From positions 168,290 to 232,289 of the forward strand of contig CAZSOL010000001.1 in the NCBI GenBank assembly GCA_964608585.1: a DNA stretch of 64,000 bases, given 5' to 3'. The notes under the pieces were generated by a model. It had not been told where the DNA came from, did no database searches, and saw nothing but the letters and a program-made list of their open reading frames with translations. Made by a program: the position numbers and the translations under genes. Shown in pieces: positions 54,477 through 63,598 of the stretch; within the stretch, counting starts at the first letter, position 1; each line of letters begins with the position of its first letter. This DNA comes from an uncultured Candidatus Saccharibacteria bacterium. Lineage in GTDB: Bacteria > Patescibacteriota > Minisyncoccia > Phycocordibacterales > Zambryskibacteraceae.

Positions 54477-55508
54477 CTATTTTATAGCGCCCCCAGTCTT
54501 TACTACATGATCTACTAGTGTGTGGGTGTACCCCATCTCGTTGTCGTACCACGCCATTACCTTGACCAAGTTCCCTCCTATGACCCTAGTCAGTGGTAAG
54601 TCCACTATTGATGCATGAGCTGAGTCGCGGATATCAGAGGATACAATTGGTTCATCTGTAACCTCAAAGATATCCTTCCATCTATCGGTCTTACTAGCTT
54701 CTGTAAGAATCTTGTTCACCTCCTCCACACTCGTGTCACGCTTCGCAATAAAGGTGATGTCGGCTATAGAACCAACCACCGTGGGGACTCTTATAGAGAG
54801 TCCATCAAACTTGTTCTCAAGTTGTGGCAAGGCCTTAGCAACTGCGATTGCGGCTCCAGTTGAGGATGGAACCATGTTCTGTGCTGCTGCACGACCATCT
54901 CGCCAGTCACGCTTGTTTGGTCCATCTACCAAGTTTTGACTTGCGGTGTATGAGTGCACAGTGTTTAAGACCGCCTTATCTATGCCTATGGCCTCATCCA
55001 AGATGGCTATAACGGGACTAGCGGCGTTTGTCGTGCAAGATGCATTGGAGGAAATCTGGCAAGTAGCAAGCTTGTCCTCGTTTACTCCCATAAGTACTGT
55101 AGCCCCCTCAACCCCAGGGACTGGGTCATCCTTCATAGGAGCTGTTACCACTACCCTCTTGGCTCCTGCATCAAGATGGACCTTGGCCTTCTCGTAACTC
55201 GTGTATAGACCTGTAGACTCAACCACTACATCAATGTCCAAATCTTTCCAAGGAAGCTCGTGTGCTTCTTTAATAGAAAGGAATCTAACTTCGTTACCAT
55301 CTATAATAAGGGCTGAGTTGTCTTCCTTGACCTCAACTTTAAACTTACTCTGTCCGTAGACCGTGTCGTACTTAAGAAGATAAGCAATGTTGTGGACATC
55401 GCCCAAGTCATTCATCGCGACAACCTCTATCTTCTTATTCTCTCTGGCTAACTTATAAAATGCTCTGCCGATACGGCCGGCTCCGTTGATTGCTACTCTT
55501 ATTTTCAT
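54477..55508 (-). CDS. gap: glyceraldehyde-3-phosphate dehydrogenase
   Basis: INGAGRIGR NAD motif and the SNASCTTNA active site. Confidence 0.9.
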   Translation of the reverse strand: MKIRVAINGAGRIGRAFYKLARENKKIEVVAMNDLGDVHNIAYLLKYDTVYGQSKFKVEVKEDNSALIIDGNEVRFLSIKEAHELPWKDLDIDVVVESTGLYTSYEKAKVHLDAGAKRVVVTAPMKDDPVPGVEGATVLMGVNEDKLATCQISSNASCTTNAASPVIAILDEAIGIDKAVLNTVHSYTASQNLVDGPNKRDWRDGRAAAQNMVPSSTGAAIAVAKALPQLENKFDGLSIRVPTVVGSIADITFIAKRDTSVEEVNKILTEASKTDRWKDIFEVTDEPIVSSDIRDSAHASIVDLPLTRVIGGNLVKVMAWYDNEMGYTHTLVDHVVKTGGAIK

Positions 55509-55528
55509 ACCTAATATTGTACCACCGG

Positions 55529-56569
55529 TTACCCACTTGCTTCGACTCCTTTTTCCTCTATATTTTGGGCAGATACAGCAGGTTTTTTAACATTAGCTGA
55601 GTGGCCATCCACCTCATATGAAGTATTTTGAGCTTCAAAGAAGTTGACTAGTTCATACACATCGGTTGCTGTAGACATCCACTTTGCTGGATTCGTAACA
55701 TTGTAGTGCTTTGGAAGACCTAACTCCTCCATCCTTCTGTCGGCTACGTACTGTACATACTGGTTCACATACTCAGCATTTAGACCCAAAATTCCTTGAG
55801 GGAAGAGGTCTTTGTTGTAAGTTGTCTCCAAGTTAACTCCTTCAATAATAATGTCTCTAATTTCATTAGCGAAGTCTTCTGTAAGAAGTTCTGGGTTCTC
55901 CTCTAATATGTTGTGTACCAAATTCATACCAAACTTTAGATGCAAAGACTCGTCTCTTAGAACCCAATTGATCATGGATCCAAAGTTTCGGAGCTGGTTC
56001 CTCTGTCTAAAGGAGAGAGCCACCATAAAGCCAGAGTAGAACCACACTCCCTCCATCACTATGTTTGTCGCCACCAAGTTCCTTAAGAAATCCTTTTTAC
56101 CTTCAACAGTCTCTATATTAAGAGTATCCTCAGTCATCCTCTTCATGTATCTGTTGATGTAAGCTTCCTTAGCTGTCATTGAAGGCACAGACAGATGAAG
56201 GTTGAAGATATTCTCTCTATCAAAGGGGAAGGTCTCGAGTACGTACTCAAAGGCCACACAATGGTTCGCCTCCTCCCACATTTGCTTAGCAAGATACAAG
56301 TGACACTCTGGACTCTTAAGATAAGGGTATATACCAAGAGCGATGGAGCGGTTCACTATGAGCTCAGCAGGGTTGAAGAAGGCCATCAGGAACTTCACCG
56401 CATGTCTCTCATCCTCAGTCATCTTAGCCCAATCCTCCAGGTCCTCCTTAAGAGCAATCTCGTGTGGGAACCAAGTGTTTCTAACTGCTTGGTTATAAAG
56501 ATCATACGCCCAAGGGTAGCGTATTGGGTGTAAATTCATGTCGTCTGGAGACGCTTTTCCTACTAGCAT
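55529..56569 (-). CDS. nrdB: ribonucleoside-diphosphate reductase beta subunit (class I R2)
   Basis: Ferritin-like di-iron ligand pattern (E...EANH, E..H); 346 aa. Confidence 0.85.
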   Translation of the reverse strand: MLVGKASPDDMNLHPIRYPWAYDLYNQAVRNTWFPHEIALKEDLEDWAKMTEDERHAVKFLMAFFNPAELIVNRSIALGIYPYLKSPECHLYLAKQMWEEANHCVAFEYVLETFPFDRENIFNLHLSVPSMTAKEAYINRYMKRMTEDTLNIETVEGKKDFLRNLVATNIVMEGVWFYSGFMVALSFRQRNQLRNFGSMINWVLRDESLHLKFGMNLVHNILEENPELLTEDFANEIRDIIIEGVNLETTYNKDLFPQGILGLNAEYVNQYVQYVADRRMEELGLPKHYNVTNPAKWMSTATDVYELVNFFEAQNTSYEVDGHSANVKKPAVSAQNIEEKGVEASG

Positions 56570-56595
56570 ATTGGTTTAGTTTACTCTTTTAATAC

Positions 56596-59217
56596 CTACT
56601 GACAATCATCACAAATATTTGCATTGGCTGGATCTTCCGGACCATGGATAGTTAATTTTGGCTTAAGCATAACTCTCTCTGGCTCTGGGGTACTTACAGT
56701 TACCATCTGCCCTGACTCAACAGGAGTTGTGATCTCCTTCTTGCCCTCATCCGACACAATAAGCTTTGGCTGAACGGCTGGCTTATCCCAAGTTGGCATC
56801 TTAGGAAGACTTGCTTCTGGGGCTTTGTTTTCCATAGACACGGCCCCGAAGCCCTTCTTACCAAGAGCTGCCCCCTTGTTTACCGATACGGTTGACTGCT
56901 CAGCGGTGTGTCTTGGCTTCATATGGAGATAATAAGTAGTCTTAACTCCTTTCTCCCAAGCCATCTCATAAATCTTCATTGTCTCTTCTATATCTCTTGT
57001 CTCGAGATACATGTTACGAGAGAGAGCTTGGTCTACCCACTTCTGTGCACGAGCAGCTACTTCTATATAAGCATATGGCGAAGTAGTGAAAGAAGTTTTA
57101 TAGATAGCCTTGATGTGATCTGGTATCTCAGGTATGCGAGAGATGTCCCCCTGATACTCAATAATCCTACCCTTCACCTTCTCCCAAAGATCCATGTTCT
57201 TAAGGTCTCTCACAAGATTATGATTTATATCCAAGTACTTGCCGGAAATCTTGTTTCTAGAAAAAACTTGTGAGAAGCGAGCATCAATACCCGGCACAGT
57301 ACCCACAACAAGACCAATGTTTGCGTTTGGTGCGACTGCCATAAGAGTTGCATTCCTCATCCCATTCTTAACCTTCTCTCTCAAAATATCCCAGTTCAAC
57401 CCTCTGTGATGACTGGTCTTGTCTACAGTAAGAGGCTTACCTCTCCTCTCTTCCAAAACCTCAAGAGTATCTATTGGCACCATACCTTTAGACCAGCGAG
57501 AGCCATCAAAATTCTTATAGCTACCTCTCTCTCGCGCAAGATTTGCCGACTCATCTATGGCCATATAGGAGACAAACTCAAATATCCTGTCAGTGAAGTT
57601 GTATGCATGCTCTGAGTCATAAGCAAGACCCAACCTCTCAAAGACATCAGCCAGACCCATAACCCCGAGACCAATAGCTCTGTTCTCATGATCCGACTTA
57701 ACAGCCTCTGGCACAGGGAGCTTGTTTATATCTATAAGGTTATCAAGTTGTCTAACCGCCAAGCGCACAGACTCCTCAAGCTTCTGCCAGTTGACCTCTT
57801 TCTCCCTCACGTGAGCAGCCAAGTTAAGAGATGCAAGGTTACATACAGCGATGTTGTCCTTGTCTTGTGGAAGGCATATCTCAGTACAAAGGTTGGACAT
57901 ATGTATCGTGCCGGTATTGTTGTTCAAAGCCCTCAGGTTTATAGGGTCCTTCCAAGTTATCCAAGGATGAGCTGTGGTCTGGAGAGACACCAGTATCTTC
58001 CTCCAAAGCTCTGTAGCCGGCATCTTCTTAAAGCGCTTAAGCTCCCCTCTCTCAGCCATCTCTATATACTCGGCATACCTCTTAGAGAAGACCTTGCCAT
58101 ATATCTCATTTAAGTCCGGTGTATCAGCTGGATCAAACAAGTACCACTCTTGCCCACCTTGGACCCTCTTCATAAACTCGTCAGATATAAAGGCAGCAGT
58201 GTTTGCCGTCCTCATCCTTAGATAATCGTCACCAGCGTTGTGCTTCCAGTCCAAAAAGTCAGGGAAGTCTAAGTGCCAAGTCTCCATATAGAAGGCTAGT
58301 GCCCCTTTTTTCTTGCCTCCTCTTTGGATAGCTCTAATAGCTGTATCAATAATCTTGGCAAAAGTAGTAGGTCCAGTAGACACTCCACCGAAGTTGCTCT
58401 TGAGTGGTGAGCCAGCTGCGCGAAGTTTTGTTACCGAAGCTCCTATACCACCAGACCCCTTGGAGAGAAGCATCACGTCGGAGACAGACTTGGCGATGTG
58501 CTCCATGTTGTCATGAATCTCAAGTAAGAAACAGTTGGACAAAGCTGACCTCACCGTCCCAGCACCGAGGTTTGTTGAGCCTCCAGCTATATACTCGTGT
58601 CTGCTCATCTTGTCATAGAAACGAATAGCCCAAGCTGTTGGATCATCTTCGTTATATGAGAGACCCATTGCTACACGCATAAAGATGTATTGAGGAGTCT
58701 CGAGAGGTTTTTGGTCAATATCTTTCATCCCATAACGATTCAACAATCCATCCAAGCCTGCATATAAAAAGAGTTCGTCTCTCTCAAGCTTCAAAGCTTT
58801 GGACAAACGCTCAAGATCAAACTTCTGAACCATATCAGGATGAAGTCGTCCATTAGCTACACCCTCTTCTATAAATTTTATAAACATCCGCGCATGCTGT
58901 GTCCTCAACCCCTCCTTATCGTCAGACTGATACCAACCAATAACCTTCTTGTACACAGTCTTGAGCAGAAGTCTTGTCGCTATCTTGTCGAAATCAGAGT
59001 CTTCCTTAATATTTTGTATCGCTGCATTGATGGTAGCTTGGTCCATCTCGTCTGTAGTAATGCCATCATATACAGTAAGCCTGGTGTCGTTGGCTATTTG
59101 GATAACTTTGGCTATTGGATCAGAGAGTCCTTTAGTCTCTCTTTCTATTGAGCGGTTGATGTAATCCGCATTCCACGGCTCTCTCGTACCATCTCGTTTT
59201 GTGACGTGAATAACCAT
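56596..59217 (-). CDS. nrdA: ribonucleoside-diphosphate reductase alpha subunit (class I R1) with ATP-cone and long low-complexity C-terminal arm ending CDDC
   Basis: N-terminal ATP-cone (VTKRDGTREPWNADYI), RNR barrel (NLCTEI) and a ~110-aa Pro/Lys/Thr-rich tail ending NICDDCQ. Confidence 0.9.
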   Translation of the reverse strand: MVIHVTKRDGTREPWNADYINRSIERETKGLSDPIAKVIQIANDTRLTVYDGITTDEMDQATINAAIQNIKEDSDFDKIATRLLLKTVYKKVIGWYQSDDKEGLRTQHARMFIKFIEEGVANGRLHPDMVQKFDLERLSKALKLERDELFLYAGLDGLLNRYGMKDIDQKPLETPQYIFMRVAMGLSYNEDDPTAWAIRFYDKMSRHEYIAGGSTNLGAGTVRSALSNCFLLEIHDNMEHIAKSVSDVMLLSKGSGGIGASVTKLRAAGSPLKSNFGGVSTGPTTFAKIIDTAIRAIQRGGKKKGALAFYMETWHLDFPDFLDWKHNAGDDYLRMRTANTAAFISDEFMKRVQGGQEWYLFDPADTPDLNEIYGKVFSKRYAEYIEMAERGELKRFKKMPATELWRKILVSLQTTAHPWITWKDPINLRALNNNTGTIHMSNLCTEICLPQDKDNIAVCNLASLNLAAHVREKEVNWQKLEESVRLAVRQLDNLIDINKLPVPEAVKSDHENRAIGLGVMGLADVFERLGLAYDSEHAYNFTDRIFEFVSYMAIDESANLARERGSYKNFDGSRWSKGMVPIDTLEVLEERRGKPLTVDKTSHHRGLNWDILREKVKNGMRNATLMAVAPNANIGLVVGTVPGIDARFSQVFSRNKISGKYLDINHNLVRDLKNMDLWEKVKGRIIEYQGDISRIPEIPDHIKAIYKTSFTTSPYAYIEVAARAQKWVDQALSRNMYLETRDIEETMKIYEMAWEKGVKTTYYLHMKPRHTAEQSTVSVNKGAALGKKGFGAVSMENKAPEASLPKMPTWDKPAVQPKLIVSDEGKKEITTPVESGQMVTVSTPEPERVMLKPKLTIHGPEDPANANICDDCQ

Positions 59218-59380
59218 AGATAATTGTTCAGGATTTCACATAATTCTAGGCAAATAAGAGGAATAAATCCTGTGGATAACCCAGTCTTTTCATACTACAA
59301 AGAATTACCCAGAGACTTTCAAGACCATGGCCAAAAGATGACTATAAATAGAAGCCAAATAGGCTCTTTGGTAAGACTTT

Positions 59381-59815
59381 TTACTCTCCTACTAACATGC
59401 TTTGACCCACTTTAATATTTGTGGTGTCGGAAAATGTTGCCGGTACCTCAAGGGCGTATAGTATCTCGCTTGGTGGGTAGAAGACTGTGGGAAAGGAGCT
59501 GGGAGACACGCCTCTCTCTACCCCCAAAACCTTTTTGTCCTCTCCAATCCATATTATGTCTATTGCAAAGTTCATATCCTTCATCCAAAAACCATAAATC
59601 CCAGGATTTTCAAAGACAAAGAGCATCCCCTCTCCATCTTCCAAAACATTTTTGCCAGATAAACCCCGATTTCTTTCCTCTGGAGTATCCACTACATCAA
59701 CTCTGACACTTGTCTCTCCTATTTTTATATTTATTTTTTCATTATCTAAAGACTTCAACCAAACAAAAGTTGTAAGAGCTAGAAAAAAACATAGTAATAC
59801 AAAAATGTGTCTCAT
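59381..59815 (-). CDS. DUF192 domain protein, secreted
   Basis: Signal peptide plus the GMLFVFENPGIYGFWMKDMNFAIDIIW block typical of DUF192. Confidence 0.65.
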   Translation of the reverse strand: MRHIFVLLCFFLALTTFVWLKSLDNEKINIKIGETSVRVDVVDTPEERNRGLSGKNVLEDGEGMLFVFENPGIYGFWMKDMNFAIDIIWIGEDKKVLGVERGVSPSSFPTVFYPPSEILYALEVPATFSDTTNIKVGQSMLVGE

Positions 59816-59834
59816 GTATTTGTCTCAGTATAAC

Positions 59835-59860
59835 AAAAAAGCCCCTTGCGGGGCTTTTTT
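59835..59860. terminator. rho-independent terminator downstream of the RRM gene (hairpin flanked by A and T runs)
   Basis: AAAAAA-GCCCC-TTGC-GGGGC-TTTTTT, located 20 nt after the RRM gene stop on the minus strand. Confidence 0.6.
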
Positions 59861-59880
59861 GTATAATTCCCTTGCGGGTC

Positions 59881-60165
59881 TTACATCGGACGGCGGTTCA
59901 TGCCTGGAGCGCGAGGCTCTAGTGGACGAGCTACATTAACTGTAAGCTTGCGACCTTCGAAGTCCTGACCATTCCACATGTTGATAGCGGCGTTGGCCAT
60001 CTCCTCATTTTCCATCTCGACGAAACCGAATCCCTTTGAGCGACCAGTCATACGATCAATGATGATCGAAGCTGAGATAACTGCTCCTGCCTTTGAGAAG
60101 GCATCCTTAAGATCCTGTTCAGTCGAAGTGTAAGGAATACCTCCGACGTAAAGCTTTGTTGACAT
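59881..60165 (-). CDS. RRM-type RNA-binding protein (glycine-rich/cold-shock-type Rbp)
   Basis: RNP-2 LYVGGI and RNP-1 KGFGFVEM; 94 aa. Confidence 0.85.
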   Translation of the reverse strand: MSTKLYVGGIPYTSTEQDLKDAFSKAGAVISASIIIDRMTGRSKGFGFVEMENEEMANAAINMWNGQDFEGRKLTVNVARPLEPRAPGMNRRPM

Positions 60166-60267
60166 CTACTTTGTTGCTGACCTAAATATTAATCATGTAA
60201 GCGTCAGCGATTCTCTACTCGTTCACAGGCGAACCTAGAAACCTTTGGAGAAACTTACACTAATACC

Positions 60268-60296
60268 ATTATAGCACAATCCTATTCTTTTTGCAA
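60268..60296 (-). promoter_or_regulatory. strong sigma70-like promoter of the RRM gene (TTGCAA, 17-nt spacer, TGcTATAAT)
   Basis: Minus strand reads TTGCAA, a 17-nt spacer, then TATAAT preceded by TG (extended -10). Implies a ~95-nt 5' UTR before the ATG at 60165; the -35 overlaps the last codons of msrB. Confidence 0.45.
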
Positions 60297-60650
60297 GTCT
60301 AGGCAAATTGAGTTTATGCAGTAGCGCTTACCTGTATTTGTCGGACCATCATCAAAGACGTGCCCTAAGTGAGCCCCACACTTAGCACACTTAACCTCAG
60401 TCCTGTGCATGTTGTGAGAGTTGTCTTCTTCCAAGATGACGTTCTCTGTATTTGCTGAATTATCAAAGGAAGGCCATCCTGTACCAGAGTCAAACTTCGC
60501 TTCTGAGGAAAAGAGTTCAGACCCGCAATTCTTGCATACATACCTCCCCCTTTCTTTAGTATTCACAAACTCTCCAGAGAAGGGGGCTTCCGTCCCCTTC
60601 TCAAACATTACCTGCTTCTCTTCTTCTGTAAGTTTAGGGTTTTTTTGCAT
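60282..60650 (-). CDS. msrB: peptide-methionine (R)-S-oxide reductase MsrB
   Basis: Two CxxC zinc pairs and the catalytic CGAHLGHVFDDGP block. Confidence 0.9.
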   Translation of the reverse strand: MQKNPKLTEEEKQVMFEKGTEAPFSGEFVNTKERGRYVCKNCGSELFSSEAKFDSGTGWPSFDNSANTENVILEEDNSHNMHRTEVKCAKCGAHLGHVFDDGPTNTGKRYCINSICLDLQKE

Positions 60651-60654
60651 ATTT

Positions 60655-61581
60655 CTACTCCATATCTTCCTCCATCTTCTTGACCTTGCTATGAACTATA
60701 GCCTCTGCATCACGAAGATTTTGCTTCAACTTCTTCATTACTTCACTTTCTTCATCGGTTAAACTCCTTCTTTTTTTAGTCCGTTCAAGAACACGTATAC
60801 TATCCTCAACATCTTCTTGAAGCAGGTCAAAGGCTCTGTCTATAACTCGCTCAATATCTCTCAACTCATTTATAAACTTCTTATTCGTCAGTCTAACTTT
60901 GTGGAAGCCGTGCATAACCCCCAAAATAATCACAAGCGTCAGGACAAACAATGGAACCGCGATCGCCACGAAGGTTAGTATAGAAGAGCTAACCGGTCTA
61001 ACTATGGTTGTATCTATTATTGGAGTTTCTGGTTGAGTCTCAACTATAGGAGCAACAGTTGTGGGTGCGGTTGGTGCCCCCTCTTCAACCACAGGTGCTT
61101 CTACGAGAGAGTAGCTTGCCGGTGGAGTGGTGGTCAAAAGATCTGTACCGTTACCATCATTAGCAAGAACCGCTCCACTAGCAAAGGTTATCTCAGCATT
61201 ACCCGACTTCAAAACCCTAAAGGTGACAGATACAACAAGTCCTCCCTCACCTTGATAGCCAGGGTTGGGCACCACTCCTTCAAAACTAATTCGTCCAGCG
61301 TTGTTATTGATGAGTGGGTCCTGAACCCAAAGGGTTAAGATGGAGCCAGCTTTTGACACAGAAGTGGCTTGAAGCTTGTCACTCGGGAAACTTATTGCTC
61401 CAGAGACAGCATTTATCGCTTGTGGGCTTGATACTCTAACTCTTATAGAGAAGGTCTTACCAACACTATAAGAACCAACTTCTGGAGAAACAAAAAGGGA
61501 GGCCGCATTAGTTACAAACGGCGCAACAAAAAGTGAGAGTACAAGTGTTAACGAAAATATTTTCTTGAAAGAAGTGTACAT
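60655..61581 (-). CDS. membrane-anchored surface protein with N-terminal cohesin-like domain and cytoplasmic coiled-coil tail
   Basis: Signal peptide, a ~125-aa beta-sandwich with cohesin-like pattern (GSYSVGKTFSIRVRV...AGRISFEGVV...VTFRVLKSGNAEITF), a Pro/Thr linker, a TM helix and a charged coiled coil. Confidence 0.5.
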   Translation of the reverse strand: MYTSFKKIFSLTLVLSLFVAPFVTNAASLFVSPEVGSYSVGKTFSIRVRVSSPQAINAVSGAISFPSDKLQATSVSKAGSILTLWVQDPLINNNAGRISFEGVVPNPGYQGEGGLVVSVTFRVLKSGNAEITFASGAVLANDGNGTDLLTTTPPASYSLVEAPVVEEGAPTAPTTVAPIVETQPETPIIDTTIVRPVSSSILTFVAIAVPLFVLTLVIILGVMHGFHKVRLTNKKFINELRDIERVIDRAFDLLQEDVEDSIRVLERTKKRRSLTDEESEVMKKLKQNLRDAEAIVHSKVKKMEEDME

Positions 61582-62294
61582 ACTGCTAATACAATTATAG
61601 CAAGAATTGATAAAACATAGACCCTGTTGGGGAGAGCCTTACTTGAGACCACGTAATTACCTTCCATATCAACGGCTTTGACATAAACCTTTTTTATAAG
61701 GAGTTTATCTCCTATTTCATAAGGGCTTTGTGCTTCTTGCCATTCATTGTTGCTTGGTCTAAAGACAAGTGTCTCGGCGACCTCATATCTTGCTACTCCA
61801 CTCCCCTTATCTTGAGTAGCAAATGAGACAAACTTCTTACCAGCAAAGATGTCTGGGGAGCTACTAATGTATAGGTCAAACGACTCCGGAGCTATGAAAT
61901 CTTCCGAAACCTCCACACTCATCGCCTTAAGAGACGTCGGTACCTCTGTACCCTCACCGTCATTCCTAAGTGCAATTATTTTGCCGAAAGATATCTCGGA
62001 AGGAAGCACTCCTCCTTCTATGACAAAGAGCTCTCTCTTGCCGCTAAACCCGCCAGGGGTAATACCTGAGAAGCGAATAACTCCCGTTTCGGAGTCAAAG
62101 GTTGGGCTCTCTACCCAAATCAATACAGAAGAACCGCCTATAAGAATATCCCCTACATCACCACTCTCTACAAAGACTGACCCCTCAATGGCGTTTATAC
62201 TCTCTCCAAGGGTATCAACTTCGACAAGAACGTGCGTCGCCGAAACAAACATAGGGAGAGCAAACAAAATAGTTATAAGTAATTTCTTCATCAT
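61548..62294 (-). CDS. membrane-anchored surface protein with cohesin-like N-terminal domain
   Basis: Signal peptide, VEVDTLGESINAIEGSVFVESGDVGD...IRFSGITPGGFSG (cohesin-like), a second beta domain and a C-terminal TM anchor. ATGA overlap with the upstream gene. Confidence 0.45.
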   Translation of the reverse strand: MMKKLLITILFALPMFVSATHVLVEVDTLGESINAIEGSVFVESGDVGDILIGGSSVLIWVESPTFDSETGVIRFSGITPGGFSGKRELFVIEGGVLPSEISFGKIIALRNDGEGTEVPTSLKAMSVEVSEDFIAPESFDLYISSSPDIFAGKKFVSFATQDKGSGVARYEVAETLVFRPSNNEWQEAQSPYEIGDKLLIKKVYVKAVDMEGNYVVSSKALPNRVYVLSILAIIVLAVCTLLSRKYFR

Positions 62295-63598
62295 CCGGTC
62301 CAGTTAAAGGCTAGTATTGAGAAGTCCACAAGATCAACCTTACCATCTCCATTCAAGTCTACATTTAACGGAAGGTTGGACCTTTTATACCAATACGCTA
62401 CGACAGAGAAGTCTACTAGGTTAACCTTACAATCCTTGTTCACATCTCCTTTCCTGCTACAAGCTCCAAGCGTAGCTAAAACATTTTGCGTTCCCACCTT
62501 GAAGGCCACCGCTTGGCTAAACGAGCTTATCTCACCATCCTTAGCACTCTTAGACTTAGCAGTATGATCACCATACTCTACAAGTGAGGAGTCAAAGTTG
62601 TATAGGTAAGCTCCAGCTCCATCGGTGTTTATCTTAGCGAAGACAGGCTCATCGGAGTTAACTTGTATCGTCACCTCACTTTGGATAGCAGATTGACCAA
62701 AGATAGCTATGTTGTCCCCTCTTCTTACTTCCAACTTGTCCACAGCGATAGTTGGAGCCAAATAGACTCCACTCACATTTGTTACAGTCCCATTGGTTAC
62801 CCCTATGGGGAAGGTGAGTAAGCTTGATCTATTGCCTCTGCTATCCTCACTATATATAGAGAAGAAGTAGTTCCCCCCAGAGAGCCCACCGACATTAGCA
62901 CTGAAGTTGGCTGTTGCATCTGCTACAGTACTACCTACAACCTGAGCGTCCTTAAGTATTGTGACGACACTTCTGGGGTATGCTCTGCCAGAGAAGTTCA
63001 CCATAGCCGAGCCAAAAGAGTTACCCCCACTACTGCTTCCTCCCCCACCTCCACCTCCGCCTCCACCGCCACTTGGGGCTGATGTGGGTGTAGCACTAAC
63101 CTCAGTTGAAGTAGCCACGACATTCCCTTCTGCATCAAGGACTCTCACTACAAAGTAGTAAGGGGTCCCGGAAGTCAAGCCGGTCCTAGTAGAACTTGGA
63201 GTACTACCAACGTTCGTGTAAGAGTAACTACTCCCAGAAGTTGTGGACTGTCCGACCTCATAAGCTCCGACTGACCAACCCAAGACTCCATCAGCGGCTG
63301 TCCATGAGAGAGATACCTGACCACTCCCCGCTGTAGCTGATACAGCTGGCGTAGTAATGTATGGGAAGAAAAGAAATCCAGCAAAAACTTGGCTCAGGTT
63401 CCCCGCCGTGGTTGAGGTGCCAATACCTAACTCTGTTAAAGCACTACTAAGAGAATAGCTTGTGGAAGTAGAGTATCCTCCGGGCCCTATGGTCTGATCC
63501 AATATTTGAAAGTTAGTAGACGAAGAGTACTGAGCCAACGCCGGCCAAGCGAGGAAAACCAAACAAACCAAAATAATTTGTCTCAAAGGAAGCGCCAT
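62291..63598 (-). CDS. secreted FN3-domain protein with poly-Gly linker and C-terminal type I dockerin
   Basis: FN3 (VSLSWTAADG...GTPYYFVVRVLDAEGN), an 11-Gly linker, then two canonical dockerin Ca-binding segments DVNKDCKVNLVDFSVV and DLNGDGKVDLVDFSILA. Start set at MALPLRQIILVCLVFLAWPALA (signal); the track ORF begins 8 codons upstream. Confidence 0.65.
   Translation of the reverse strand: MALPLRQIILVCLVFLAWPALAQYSSSTNFQILDQTIGPGGYSTSTSYSLSSALTELGIGTSTTAGNLSQVFAGFLFFPYITTPAVSATAGSGQVSLSWTAADGVLGWSVGAYEVGQSTTSGSSYSYTNVGSTPSSTRTGLTSGTPYYFVVRVLDAEGNVVATSTEVSATPTSAPSGGGGGGGGGGGSSSGGNSFGSAMVNFSGRAYPRSVVTILKDAQVVGSTVADATANFSANVGGLSGGNYFFSIYSEDSRGNRSSLLTFPIGVTNGTVTNVSGVYLAPTIAVDKLEVRRGDNIAIFGQSAIQSEVTIQVNSDEPVFAKINTDGAGAYLYNFDSSLVEYGDHTAKSKSAKDGEISSFSQAVAFKVGTQNVLATLGACSRKGDVNKDCKVNLVDFSVVAYWYKRSNLPLNVDLNGDGKVDLVDFSILAFNWTG

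Noticed and set aside
59863-59880. TATAAT plus a short CCCTTGCGGG hairpin between the RRM gene stop and the main terminator, considered as a promoter or second terminator.
   Set aside because: It is too short and weak, and it sits inside the 3' UTR ahead of the strong GCCCC-TTGC-GGGGC-T6 terminator. It is probably part of the same termination region.
63038-63070. A C-rich repeat run (CCTCCCCCACCTCCACCTCCGCCTCCACCGCC) that gives a poly-Pro antisense ORF at 62961..63158.
   Set aside because: On the minus strand it encodes the 11-residue poly-Gly linker of the FN3-dockerin protein. It is neither a CRISPR or SSR locus nor a real plus-strand gene.
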